Positions 50,200 through 63,194 of a stretch of DNA of 64,000 nt are shown piece by piece (position 1 is the first letter of the stretch; each line of letters begins with the position of its first letter). Source of the stretch: Felis catus (taxonomy: Eukaryota). The stretch is taken from NCBI RefSeq assembly GCF_018350175.1, contig NC_058369.1, positions 27,344,001-27,408,000 of the forward strand, written 5' to 3'. Both the position numbers and the translations under genes were made by a program. A model generated the notes under the pieces. The model worked only from the letters and a program-made list of their open reading frames with translations, ran no database searches and was not told the origin of the DNA.

Positions 50200-50620
50200 A
50201 GGCATAGAGTGCTTAGAATTCAGCAGATCTGGGTTCCAATCCCAAATCTGCTGTTTGCTACCAGCAATTTTACCTAACCTTCCTGGCTTCATGCCCTCAG
50301 CCATAGAATGGGGATGATAATGATTCTCAATGGGAAGGGGTGCCTGGCTGGCTCAGTCAGTTAAGTGTTTGACTCTTGATTTTGGCTCAGTTTATGATCT
50401 CAGGATTGTGGGATCCAGCCTCGCATTGGGCTCTGCACTGACAGCATGGTGCCTGCTTGGGATTCTTGCTCTCCCTCTCTCTGCCCCTCCCTTACTTGCG
50501 TACACAACCTCTCTCAAAAATAAAATGAATAAATAACATATTAAAAAATGATTAATAACGGGAAGATTAATTGGGATAGCACATAAAGGGCCTTCGAGCA
50601 AGGAACTGGACATAGACCAT
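50200..50620 (+). mobile_element. MIR split by a Can-SINE
   Basis: ctgggttccaatcc...aatggggatgataat | gaagattaattgggatagcacataaag. Confidence 0.75.
50337..50546 (+). mobile_element. Can-SINE
   Basis: ggggtgcctggctggctcagtcag head; degenerate TSD aatgattctcaatgggaa (50319-50336) and aatgattaataacgggaa (50547-50564). Confidence 0.94.
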
Positions 50621-50679
50621 ATATTGAAATCTGTTTCTTCTACCCACTCCAAACCAATTTTCCATTACCAAGCACTTAC

Positions 50680-50697
50680 CAGGTATTCTCTAAATAT
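50680..50697 (-). other. Candidate 18-nt microexon (IFREYL in phase 0)
   Basis: Minus strand reads tttctgtccttcag|ATATTTAGAGAATACCTG|gtaagt; motif evidence only. Confidence 0.2.
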
Positions 50698-50892
50698 CTG
50701 AAGGACAGAAATGCTTTGAATGAATCAACCAATGTGTAATTTAAAAACATTGAATGTTTTAATGGATTAAGCCTTAAGGTCAGAAGATCTGGTTTTGAGT
50801 TCTGACTGAAATACAGCAGAGGGAACTGCTGAAGAAATTTGATTGTGAAAATATTTGTTTAAGCTTCATTTTTTAAAAATTTTTCTCATGAA

Positions 50893-51855
50893 TTTTTTTA
50901 TTGTAGCAAAATACACATAACATAAAATTTATCATTTTAACCATTTTTAAATGTATAATTCAGTGGCATTAGCTGCATTCTCAGTGTTGCATTGCATGGC
51001 CACTATCTATTTGTAAAACATTTTCATCACCCCAAACAGCAACTCTAATCTGTTAAACAGGCCTTTCCTCCAGCCCCTGGTTACCCCTATTCTACTTTGT
51101 CTCTATAATTTTACCTATTCTCAATAGTTCATATAAGGGGAATCATATAATATGTGTCCTTTTGTGCCTGGCTTATTTCATTAAGTATGTTTTCAAAGTT
51201 CATGTAGTAACATGTTTCAGAACTGCATTTTTTATGGCTGAGTAATATTCCATTTTGTGTATCTACCACATTTTGTTTATCCATTCATCTATTGGACATT
51301 TGGGTTGTTTTTACCTTTTGGCTACTGCAAATACTACAATGAGCACTGACATATAGCTATCTTTCTGAGACCCTGCTTTCTTTCAATTATTTTGGAAATA
51401 TTTCTGGGTTATGATAATTCTATGTTTAGCTTTCTGAGGAACTGCCGAACTGTTTTCCATAGTGGCTGCACCACTGTATGTTCTCACTAGCAATCCAGCA
51501 GTGTTGCAGCAGGGGCAGGGAAGGGAGTGTTCTAATTTATCCACATCCTACTCAACACTTCTTACTGTCTGTCCTTTTAGCCCACCTACAAGCTGTGAAG
51601 TAGTACTCATTGTAGTTTGATTTGCCTTTCCTAACGAACTATGATGCTAAGTATCTTTTCAAGTGTTTACTGACCATTTGTGTATCTTCCTTGGAGAAAT
51701 GTCTATTCAAGTCTTTTTGCCCATGTTTTAATTGGGTTGTCTATTTGTTGAGTGGCAGGAGTTCTTTATATATTGTGGATGTTAGAGCCATACCAAACAT
51801 ACAACTTGCAAACATTTTCTACCATTCTGTAGGATGTCTCTCCATTTTATTTAGC
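50893..51855 (-). mobile_element. L1MB-type 3' fragment (~1 kb)
   Basis: ttttattgtagcaaaatacacataacataaaattt, ccacattttgtttatccattcatct, ttggagaaatgtctattcaagtc. Confidence 0.93.
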
Positions 51856-53984
51856 CCTGTCTTTAATAGTTCCAAACACATGCACATATGTGAGGGCAAC
51901 TTTACATTATGAGAGTGATCTGCAGTTCAAAGGCCAAAATCAGCCTCTTAATTGTTTATCTGCAACCTCCAATGTAGTATCTGTCCCTTAGGGTAGGAAA
52001 CCTCTCTGCACATGAAGTATATGACTTGATACAGCCATACTACCAGCTTCCAGGGAGCACTCTACCAGCTTCTGGGGAGCAAGAGGAGTCATTTTTGTTA
52101 CAGTAAATATCACCCTAAAGCTCTGGTTAGATCCAGCCTGAAACAGCACCACAGAGTCATAAACTGTCTTGTGAGTTCTGCCGAACGTCCTTAGTTCAGC
52201 AGTGAAAGGAAGGAGTAAAATAACCTAATTGGATGGATTTCTCACATGGCTGAAGTCCAAATAATCAGACAGCAGGGGAGATCCTGACCCAGAAGATGGA
52301 CTATATTTGGACAGATCTTGATGTTTAATGGAATACATGTTTCAGGATTCTAAGGGAGCATCTTCTATGACTTTTATAATCTGGGAGCCAAATATAAAGG
52401 AGGAATTCTCCCCTGTTCACTCTGGTGGAGGCATAGGGCCCAGCCTTTGGGAAGTTTCTGAGTGAGAATAGTAGGGGCTCACAAGGCTGGAAGGGAGAGG
52501 AAAGGACATGGAGAAGAACTGTCCCTGCATGTCATCCTCATCCCTATTCTTAATTCTTTTGTATCTAGAGAGGAAATGGTCAAATCTGGGAGGAAGAAGA
52601 GGAGGGAAAAAACAGGTAAAGAATAAAAAAAAAAAAGTTCGACTGGATTGACTTTAAAATGAGGCAGCCCTACTGTCATAGTAAAGCATAAACACTTTTG
52701 GATACGATCAGCTCAGCAGGCAGGAGAAGCGTGAAGCTGAGTCTTGGGGTCCCTGATGAGAGCCCTCATTAGAGGAAGGGGCAGGAGCTACTGTCTCTCA
52801 CATGCAGTGAGAGAAAGACTCTACACCTTTTTAGCCAGGCAGGGGTTTGGTAGTGCAAAAGAAACAACAGACCCTTCTCACCATGGAGCTTCATAGCACT
52901 AGGCCAAGGGCAAGTACACACTCCAAAGTCCTAGAGGCAAAATCAAGAATTTCTCTGCTAAGTGCTAAACAGGACATTTGGTTTAGCATGGAATCCTGGG
53001 CTGGTACTTTGAGAGGTCTGCATTTGGAGGAAGCTTCCTGCCAGAAAAGACCAGAGGCCACTTACAGTAGACAGGTTTATTTGGTATCTGTAGAAATGAA
53101 AGAAAAAATTAAGTTGCTGGCCTGAAAGCCCATTTGGTGGCCTATTGGTACACACAACACCCCTCCCCCCCCCCAAAAAAAAGAGGAAAGAGAGAGAGAA
53201 GGATAGAAGGATGAGATGGTAATGGGAAAGAGGCATTTGCTCATGGTCCCTTGGCTGATGGGATGCCAGTCTCATTGCCCAGACGTGATGCCAGGCTGCA
53301 TGACAGGCTCTGAGTGCCAGGCAACAGAAGAAGCAGTATGCTGTATTTTTTTACTCCTCTACCTTGCCAGATGCCCATGAAGGGAGCTCTCCCTCAGCCC
53401 ATAACAACCAAGACTAATAGAATATCTCTGGCAAAGGTGGTTGGCAGAAATATCTTCCATCTCAAATGTCAGGCTATAAGGAGGGACCCAGTTCCCTTGT
53501 TCTACAAGCAAAGCGTTGGCAAGCCACAGAGGGGAAAAAGACATGGAAAAAACATGTACATTTGGGGGAAACAAAATCAAACTGAGCCATATTGTTTTAG
53601 TCATCTCTGGAAAAATTTGTCTGTTCTATGGGTTTCCAATTGGAAGACATTTGAGCTGTTGCTCTTCCTACCAGGAAAACAGGGATAAGAAGAACTGCCC
53701 CCTGCACAAAGGGAAACATGCTGAGGTCCAGGGAAAGAACTCGTCCCTCTGCTCAGGCCTGATCCTCCTCCAGCACTTCCGTAAGGTCAGAGGGTGGGTA
53801 GAGCATGTAAAGACCTTGGAAGTCATTGTTTCTTCTGGCATTATGTTAACAGCATGTCTTCGCAGCCCTGGTGAAGGCACTGCTCACTTAGCACAGTTGG
53901 TATGTTCTCCTCCACTCCTATAAAGAGCACCTGGACCCTGGAGTTGGCATCTAGAATTAGCCATTGGGCAGCCAAGGGCTGTGG

Positions 53985-54320
53985 GTAGTGGCCCAGGCTC
54001 TGGAGAAGAACTGGTGAGGCTTGAATGGCTCCACCATTCTCTTGTAGTGTGACTTTGGGCAAATTACTTAACTTCTCTATGCCTTGATTTCCTTGTGCCA
54101 TAGCAGTTTAGCCAAGTAGTTAATAGCGAAAGCTTAAGGCCACAGTGACTGGGTTTAAATCCCCCATTTGCTGGCTGTGGGACCATGGGCAAAATGGAGA
54201 CATTCTGAGTGGTATTTTTCTCATTTGTAGAAAGGGGGTCATCATAGTACCTACCTCATAGGGTGCCTGGAAGCCACAGATGAGCTAACCCAGGGGAAGT
54301 GCTGGGAATGGCTTGCAGCA
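53985..54320 (+). mobile_element. Two tandem MIR copies
   Basis: gtgtgactttgggcaaattacttaacttctctatgcc; second copy ctgggtttaaatccc...atagtacctacctcataggg. Confidence 0.85.
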
Positions 54321-54339
54321 GAGACCAGTGAGCTAGGCT

Positions 54340-54740
54340 GGCTGGTTCTCTTCCTCTCCACCCTGCCCCCTCTGGACTTCTCCCTCCCGCACTCTGGCCA
54401 CTACCACCTTCCTTTAGTCTTGGAACAGGCTGTGTTTCTCCTGCCCGAGCACCTTTCCTTGGGCTGTTGTCTCTGCCTGTGTTTGTACCTTAACTCTCAA
54501 TACCCCTTTGCTTTCAGGTCTCAGCTGTCAGGGAGGTGCATATGAATCCCCTGGACAGGATGAGGAATCTCTTGGGACACATGTATCCCTTTATCCCATT
54601 TATTACATTGTAATAATTTATCATTGGATTGGCATGTATTAGGTGTTAGGATGTAAACTTGTTTCTTCACCATGACAGCTTCAGCGCTGAGTATATTGCA
54701 CATATTAGGCATTTGTGGAACAAATGAGTGAATGAATGGA
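54340..54740 (+). mobile_element. L2 3' fragment
   Basis: Pyrimidine-rich body ending atttgtggaacaaatgagtgaatgaatg. Confidence 0.75.
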
Positions 54741-54999
54741 GAAATGCCCATTTCCCTTGGGCTGGCCTGCCACCTTCCTGTCTAAGGACGAAAATTACTT
54801 TATCATGGGGTTAAGCTTCATCCGCTGATTTTTTGCAAAGAATAGTATCGACACTGGTGTTGCTTCAGCTTTAGGAAGAAGTCACTGTGATACTCTGAGA
54901 CACAGAATATACAGGTGTTTGTGAACCTGCAGGTGACAAAAGATGGTCTAGGATTTGAGGAGGCGGTGGGGTGGAGTCACTAAAAGTATGTGCTCTTTG

Positions 55000-55160
55000 T
55001 TCAGATGGCCCAGCCTGGAATCCATGTCAGCATCACCAACTGTGTGATTGTGGGCAGCATCTGTGCCTTGACTGTGTCCTTGCTGATAAAATACTCTCTG
55101 GGATCGTTGTGAAGATGAAACAAGATCATGTATATAAATTGCCTGGCACATAATAAGTCA
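55000..55160 (+). mobile_element. MIR
   Basis: gttgtgaagatgaaacaagatcatgtatataaa..tgcctggcacataataagt. Confidence 0.75.
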
Positions 55161-56114
55161 TATGCTAGTGATTTTTTTTAATTCAGATATTATGTATCAG
55201 ACACTATAACCAAATCCTAAGGAAGAAAAAATTTCTTTGCTTTATAAATCCTTTTTTCCTTTAATGTGTCAGGTTTCTGACTATCTAAGTGGAAATGTAA
55301 TCAACATAGCCATTTAAATTTATATGTGTGCTCAGGATATCTTGGCTGATGTTAATCCAAGCATTTATGATCCCTTAAGGTATGTTTACATTAGCTAGTG
55401 GAAAAAAATATAAAATGCACAGAGTGCGTTTGAGAGGCAGGTTTCGGTGTCTGCAGCCACACGTAACATGCAAATAAAAATTCAGCTTATCCGAGGTCCG
55501 TGTGTGTTGTGCCTTAAGCACATTGTTGAAATGCATTTGTGTGTCTTCATATGGTGCTTTTCCCTCTGGGGTTGCACAACTAAGCCCATAAAAATCATGA
55601 TCTGCCTGGACATTTGGCCGAAGACTGTAGATTTCAAACTCTGGACCACTATGAGAAAGCACTTTTTCCTTTCTGCCAACATCAACAATTCTTTAGCCTG
55701 TTATCAGGGAAATTTTTCTCCATTTTTCCTTTGCCACCATCCCTGGGTAAATTAGGCTGTTCTCTGTAGAAAACAATCACCTAATGATCTGTGTGTATCC
55801 CAGAGAGGAGGAGCCCCTCCAGCCTCTGCCCTCCTGGGGACCCCACCAGTACTGTGCTCATCTGTGATTGCAGACTGCAGGGTAGCTGGTGGTAGTCTTG
55901 CCACCTAATTGCACTTCAGAATCACTTGAGCCAGAAAAGTGTCTGGATGGTGCCTAGGAAGACTAATGTTCATTAGTGTTGTGAGCATTCCATATTGGCC
56001 TGCCATTGGTGGTGCGTGATAAGCAAAGTTTTTGATTAATTGCTCCATAAACCACATTTATGTATGGATTAAATGCTGGGCATGGGAAGGCATTTTGATG
56101 GAAAACTTACTCAT

Positions 56115-56660
56115 CTTTTCCAAACTCACTTATTCCAAAAATATATACTGAGTGTCAACTATGTTGCAGAGATCATTCTAGGCTCTGATTATTCAATGAT
56201 GACCAAGATAAGCCAGATCTCTGCTCCTAAAGGGAGAGAAGGGATGAGGATAATAAGTTAACTGAAATAAATAAGCCAAAAGATAATTTCAAATGTGGTA
56301 CATGCCAAGCATTTGAAGAAACTGGATGATGCAATGGGGATTCAGAGGCTAGGGACAATTACATTGGTTGATGAGACCGATATGGCAGGAAGGAGCCAGA
56401 AATAGGATCTAGGGAAAAGGAGTTCCAAGCAGAAGAAAAGCAAATTCAAAGTGTATGAAGACAAGAACAAACTTGATCCTGTGAGAGACACCAGGAGAAT
56501 GCCATTGTGACTAATGTCTAGTGAGTAAGAAGGAGGCAGTCAAGGGCTAGATCATACACAGCCTCATAGGCCCTGCTTAAGCGTGGAACTTAAAACTGGA
56601 GAAAGAAGTTTGTGGGGTTTGAATAGGAGTGTGCTTGGCTTGATCAAAATCTTTAACAGG
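56115..56660 (-). mobile_element. L2 fragment
   Basis: ttattccaaaaatatatactgagtgtcaactatgt...ttccaagcagaagaaaagcaaattcaaag. Confidence 0.8.
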
Positions 56661-59009
56661 CCAGTCTGTAATATCCTGACAAGAGGGCTCATACACATAG
56701 TCAGACCCAATTCTTCCACTGATCCTCTTCTAAAGAACAACATAAAAATCAACTACTTTTCTATTTACTTGGGAATAATTATTTAGTGTCTTAATATTAC
56801 CCAGTCACTATAAAGACTATGTGCTTAAGCTGGGTTTTCCTAGCTTAGCTTTAGAAATACATTTAACTTACTTTATCATTTGAACCCCTCGCCCCCCATC
56901 CCCAGAATTGGAGTAAGCCCTTTAATTCCAATGGGAATTTGGGGAGTTCTGGACAAAGTATGAAGTATAGAAAACTTATATAAACAGATAAAGAGAGACC
57001 TATCTAAAGTAGATGGTGCCTGCAAAAATATCTCAGCTAGTTCACTTCAGCAGTTCTTAATAGAAAGGAACCAAGCAAATACAGAATCATGATATATCAG
57101 ATCATGACTTTCCTCTTTCTGGAGCCTGGAATGGGCACAAAGCAAGTAGATTTAACTCCCCAAAACAAGAATAGTTTCTTATGAATGAGTGTAGAGGTGA
57201 CCTCTGGATAATGAATTCAGATGCTTGTTCCTCCACACGCTGGCAGGGGGCGGGAGGGTCTGTAAGGTCTGAGCTCTATTGGTTTTACTCATCTGGTCCA
57301 CCACTGTGCCTGGCACTGGAATTCAGGCTTTATGGCCATGGAGTTTTGAGTGATTTCAGGGTCCAGGTTGTGACTTGTGAGCAGGTGTCAGGAGGAAAAG
57401 GGAAGAGAGAAGAGGATGTTAGAAATGAGAGGTGGGATTGTATGCGGGTTACTACATAAAAGGCAGAGGTTGGGATGAAGTGGAAGTCCATGATATCCAA
57501 ACTACTGATGGATGGGAAGTAATGACCAGTACAGGTATATGGCAGTGACATGGTGGTGCTGCATTGGGAGGGTGATAGAATTCAGTGGCACAAGTCTCAA
57601 GGATCACAGTGTATTGCAGCTCCTATTGAGTTGAAGTGTAATGACCTGTTTGCTCATTTTTCTGTCCACTAGACATAAGATCCTCAAAGGCAGGGGCAGT
57701 GTTGCATCCACTGTAGCATCTCCTGTTCCTGGAATCTGATAGGCATTCAGGGTGTATTTGCTGTACTGAGAAAGTATCCCTGGTATGCACACCTGGAAGA
57801 TACCTTCATGATTCACCACCTCCTGGTCCATCCTAGCAGTGAGTGTGCAAGTCCTACACTTTCCTCAATATTTGCAATTGTTTTTTGTTTTTTGTTTTTG
57901 TTTGTTTTTTTGACTCTCCTATAAAGAAGCAGGCCCTGGCAGCAGGGAAACTGTCCCAGTCATCTCCATAGTCCTGTGCTTAGCCTGCTAACAGGTATTT
58001 AGTGATGCTAAGTGCCTTTTGTTAAGAATAAAAGACTTCAGTGACATCTCATATGCTTGTTTTCTTCTAAATCTTAAAGGTTTAAGTGGAGTTAAGGGTT
58101 TTTATCCAGAGAAACTATGGTATACCCATATGAGGAAAGTATAATTAAAATAACAGAAGGTCATTTGATAAGTCACAAGGCATGTGCAGAGGCATGTTGT
58201 TGTTACTTATTAGAGTCATCTTTATTTGCAGTGCGACCTGACGAATGCATGCACATTTCTTGACTACTAAGAGAGAGGGATGGCTGAGGGAGCACATAGG
58301 ACTGAGAAATGCGGTGAATAGGTGGCAGTGGCTGTCTTGAGCTGGCTCTGACAAGGACAAGCAGGAGCGTGAGTGGGACTGAGTTACCCCAGGTGTTCAC
58401 TGAGAGTGAATTGAGGGCCATGCTCCCGTTGTGGTTGAAAGCCTGGGTTCATCTTGAGTAAATAAGGTTTTTCAAGGTGCCACTAGAAGATGAAAGACAC
58501 TGAGATAAAATCTGACTTATGTCAGTCTCAATAAGCTCACCTGCTTGCCACAGAAAGGGCACACTCACTCTGTGTCTGCTAGAGTAAACTCTGCCATGTA
58601 AACATCTAACTAAATACATCAGGCAATGGGAAGTACGGTCAATAAAGTGTGAAATGCCTGGGACAGAGGGCCTTCTTGACCCTGGAATCAGTCTGATTTC
58701 ACACTAAAATGACACTTGCCTGGCTCATACCCTATATTGTGGTTGGCAGGTCCTTTTAGGTCAGACCCCAATCTGGTTTCCACTGGCCACCTCCAAAATT
58801 GCCCACAGAGACCCAGCTGAAATCACCACAAGGCTGTTCTTACTCTAGGAGATAAACCACCTTCTTTTACCCAATTAATAAACATACACCATACACCCAG
58901 TACTAACCAAACATTAGGACTCCTGGGACACTTGTCTGCCCTCAAGATGGTGGTAGGAGAGATGGAGACACAATAAGTCTAATGAATCTGATAAACCGTG
59001 ATGTGGCGG

Positions 59010-59212
59010 CATGTTGAGTTTGGCCTGGGTTTCAACTCTCACCTTCTGCCACTTACTAGGTGGGTAATTTCAGGAAATTTAAATACCCTCTGGAAGTTTC
59101 AGGCTCATCATCCACAGAACAATGATAATAATTGTTCTTGTAAGGATTCAGTAAAATAATGAGTGTGAAGGAATCAGCCCAGTGTCTTGCAGGAGTAAGC
59201 TCTTGGTAAATC
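59010..59212 (+). mobile_element. MIR
   Basis: ttctgccacttactaggtgggt...gtaaggattcagtaaaataat...agtaagctc. Confidence 0.75.
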
Positions 59213-60504
59213 TATCTTGTCTTCCTCTCCCTTTATTACTCCTATCACTGCTCTCATCCCCCCTGGAACTGTTCTGATGGCTCTGTTATTGCTTCTCCTG
59301 TGTAGAGGTAGGAACCAAGCAGAGGAGAGAGTCTGGAAGATGGAACAGGATTCCTAGAAGGCTTTGGGATAAGCAACTATTGCTTTCAGGTCTCAGGGGA
59401 TGAATGGTGTTTCACTGGGAAGGAAAGAATATGGAGATAATTCTGGGCAGAAGAATCAGCAGGGGCTACCCCCCTGTGCATCCAACAACCCACTTGTTTT
59501 GGATTTTTTTCATTCACTGATTGAACATGTATTTATCACACATTTACTGAGTGCACAATGTAACCTCCTCAAACTCCTGCCCCAACACACTCCACACAGA
59601 CAAACCTTATTTAAAAAAATCAGGAGGCACAATTTCTAAAGTTCAATTACCTTCTGCATTAAATACATTCTCAAAAGGTAACCTTTCAGTCGATTTTTCA
59701 TAAATTGGATCACCTTTCATATTGTCCAAGAAAGCTCATTACAGGAATCTCATGACAAATCTTCTGGGGAAGAAGAAAACCCTTACCTAATGGGAAACAT
59801 CATTAGTCTTACATTTATTGATTCATAAATCTAGATATTGGATCCAGTTCTCTTCTTCCCCTAGGTGTGCTGAGACACATGTTTAACCAGATGGTTGGCC
59901 ATCCAGTGTCAACCATCAGCATAGGAAGAACATATTTCTATAAGGAAAACTTCACTCAGAATGAGGTTTTTATGTCAGGCATTTTTCAATTGGTTGGCAA
60001 CATTGATATTAATTTCTTAGAGTAAGCCAATGAAGGAAACCCAGAGGCCAAAGGCTAGGGGATGCGGTTTGGTTTTTGTGGTGCCACCACCAGCAGGGAT
60101 GGGTCCTAGGTCACAACTTGGGGAAACCAGCAGCAGCCAGTACCATATGTGGGGCTGCTAGGACTAACTAAGCATTTGGGTTTCTGGAAGTTTACTGCTT
60201 TTCCTCGTAAGGAGAACCGTATGTGTGTGTTTGTGTGCTGCTAATTATAACTCAGGTGTTGACAGTTTCATACTGAAGAGCATGGGGAAAGGATCAATTA
60301 AATGGTTTTGAGACATTGAGGAGATTTCTAAAATATTTATTTTGGGCTCCTATGTCAGACCATCATATAAACAAAATGTAAATATAGTCCAAAGATAAAT
60401 GCTGTACTTTGCATATTTTAGGCTCATCATCATTGATGTAGAATGGAATGTAATCAGAATTTCCATACAGGAATATTTAGGGAAGAAACCCCTTTACTAT
60501 GTTT

Positions 60505-60724
60505 TTTTTTAATTTTTTTTTTTTTGATGTTTATTTTTGAAGGAGAGAGAGGCAAAGCATGAGCAGGGGAAGTGCAGAGAGAGAGGGAGACACAGAATCT
60601 GAAGCAGGCTTCAGGCCTTGAGCTGTCAACCCAGAGCCTGACATGGGGCTCAAACCCATGAACTGTGAGATCATGACCTGAGCCGAAGTCAGATGCTTAG
60701 CCAACTGAGCCACCCAGGTGCCCC
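60505..60724 (-). mobile_element. Can-SINE
   Basis: Reverse head ...gccacccaggtgcccc; TSD ttactatgttt at 60494-60504 and 60725-60735. Confidence 0.96.
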
Positions 60725-61719
60725 TTACTATGTTTCTACTTAGGCCCACAGAAGATACTTCTTTTCTTTAATTAATAGTCATAAAATATTATCACTTAGA
60801 CAATATCAGCATGTGTCATATTTCAAAATGTTATATTTATGCATCAAAATACTGCACTGCAAGCTTCCTGTCCAGTGGTGATAGAGAGCAATCCAGTCTC
60901 TCACAGGGGGGCATGACATCTTCAATAATCAGGATACCTCACAATTACATGGCCCTTTAGGGCTTATACAAGACTTAGAACCCTGTTATTTAACCCTTTA
61001 TTTAACCCTTGTGGCTGGTTGGTTATTACCATCAGTATTTCATAAGTAAATCTGAAGTTCACAGAGGTTAAGTCATCCAAACAAGGTAACAAAATAGTAA
61101 GTGAAATGCCATCTGGTCAACCGTGTCTTCTTTTCTTATATCTAAATGAGAAGTTCATTCAGAAGAAGAAATCATGCTTTCTTTTAAAGGCAGCCGCATT
61201 CACTAAAGGCATCAAACTCCATCCTTAACTAGAATATCACTTCTTCTGGGTACCACTTAGATCTGTTTGTGTCTCAGAGGGTGAACGTTGGTTCATTTAG
61301 ATATAGAACTCTTTCACCAAATTAAAAGTCAATTTGAAACAGCAAAACCACAGAGCTGACAAATCTGAAAATCTGTCGTTACTATGTTACTTCTTTCAGC
61401 ATTGAACCTGAGGATAGAAGCCTGGCCCGTATCCCCCCTTGGCCATTAGCTCACTGTTTAGTCGCTGTACTTCATTTGTGCTCATTTATTAGTGAAGATT
61501 AGAGTCAGCAGTGGATGTGTGTTTTAAATGAGAACAGAGTGAGGTTGGGATTTCATTTTTATCTGAAGTCCAAGCCAAGTTTATTAAAGATAATTAGGGC
61601 TCTGGAATAGTGAAATTACAATCGACACGGGCCTCTTGCCAATTTAGGCAAGCACATTTTTCCAATTACAAAGAGGCACTAACTATCTAAAAGGAGCAAG
61701 ACGTCTTCAGCCCCACAGG

Positions 61720-62082
61720 CCTCCTGTCTGTTTCTTGAAGGGATGGAGTTCTTTTCCACTCAGAGCTTTTGCACTCGCTGGAACATCCACGGGCTGGAGC
61801 ATCCTGCTTCTGGAAATTAAAACTGGCTCCATCTGGTCAGCCAAATAGGAACTGAAATGTCACTTCAAAGAGACTCTCACTCTCTAAAGCAGCCAGCCAT
61901 TTTATAAATCATATTATAATACATTAGCATCTGTTGTTTATTTTCATTATTTCTTTATTCCTTGTCTTCCCTTCACTAGAAAAGTCAGTAAGAGCAGGGC
62001 CCTGATCCATTATTCTTCCTCGTATCCTCAACATAATGCTGGATGCATGGGGGGTACTTAATACATATTTGCTCAATGAAGG
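61720..62082 (+). mobile_element. L2 3' fragment
   Basis: cagagcttttgcactcgctg...ttgtcttcccttcactaga...tacttaatacatatttgctcaatgaa. Confidence 0.75.
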
Positions 62083-62139
62083 GAGGATCTTGAGAACTTA
62101 GGCCAAATCTGTCCTCTTTGACTGCCCGATGTGTTCATT

Positions 62140-62681
62140 ATTGAATTATTAGTAAGTAATGAGCTACCTGAAAACTCAGTGGCTTACTCTAACAAGTCTT
62201 CATCATTATTCATGCAGTCTGCTGGCTGAGTGAGTGTTGGCTGTTTAGGCTGGGCTTGGCTGGGGCAGCTCTTCTGATCCTGGCTGGGCTGGCTTGCATA
62301 CCTGCAGGTCAGCTGGAGTTGGCTGACTTAAGTTAGGCTCAGCTGGTGCGGTTCTGTTTGACACTGTAGGTCTGAGGGTTCAGGTCTTTCACACAACTCT
62401 CACATCTTCCCTGGACCAACAGGCTACCCAGGACAGGTTTTTCCTTACTGTAGTGGCCTAGGCACAAGAGAACACGCAGAAATACATGAGGCCTCTTAAA
62501 GTCTAGGCTCAGAACTGGTCCACTGGCACTTTTGCACACAAGCCATTGACTAAATAAAGCAAGATGTATCCCCCAAGTCAAGGGATGGGGAAATACACTC
62601 TACCCATGATGAGGTTATAACAAAGATATAGATGAAGGGAAGGCTGAAGGAAGAATTAGGGCAAATAATGCAACCACCACA
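62140..62681 (-). mobile_element. MLT1H-like MaLR solo LTR
   Basis: aaaactcagtggctta, ggctgggcttggctggggcagctc, catgaggcctcttaaagtctaggctcagaactgg, terminal ...ccaca. Confidence 0.88.
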
Positions 62682-63194
62682 CCCAAGGATACAAAACTGG
62701 ACACATGTGTGGTATATACCACATCTTCTCTATCCATTCACGTACTGATGGATGTTTAAGTTGCTTGCATAATCAGAGAAAGGTACAAAATGGGTGTACG
62801 CTTAGTAGAAAAGCCTGATCTCCTCCATTTTCACTGAGTTCTGGCACTCACTCTCTTTTTCCTGTGCAAATCTCGTTGTGCGACATCTGTGTGTCTCTTT
62901 CTCTCTGTCCTTTCATCGCATGCACTTTTTCTGAATTTTGCATTTTCTTCTATCTTAATATTTTTATATCTTCCTTTAAACAAAAGTGTTTATTTTTAAT
63001 GGTACTTACTGTATAGTTTTAAATTCCTTCTTATGGAATTTAAGAGATTCATAAACAGTTACACTAAATTCAGCTGCTTTTTATGTAATGTAGCCTTACA
63101 TTGATTTTTCTAGACATTATTTATATTCTATATAAAACTACCTCTTTATCTGACACCAATACATGCACCTTAAATAACATGCTTTTTTCTACCC

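Noticed and set aside
49480..50304. Longest ORF (274 aa, minus strand)
   Set aside because: It spans the stop-free (AAAG)(AG)(AAGG) microsatellite and starts in a MIR; no recognisable domain or coding-like composition.
51622..51912. 96-aa ORF (…SSLEKCLFKSF…)
   Set aside because: Antisense translation of L1 sequence.
53314..53923. Overlapping 124- and 135-aa ORFs in unique DNA
   Set aside because: No recognisable homology, start context or exon structure; ORFs of this length are expected by chance.
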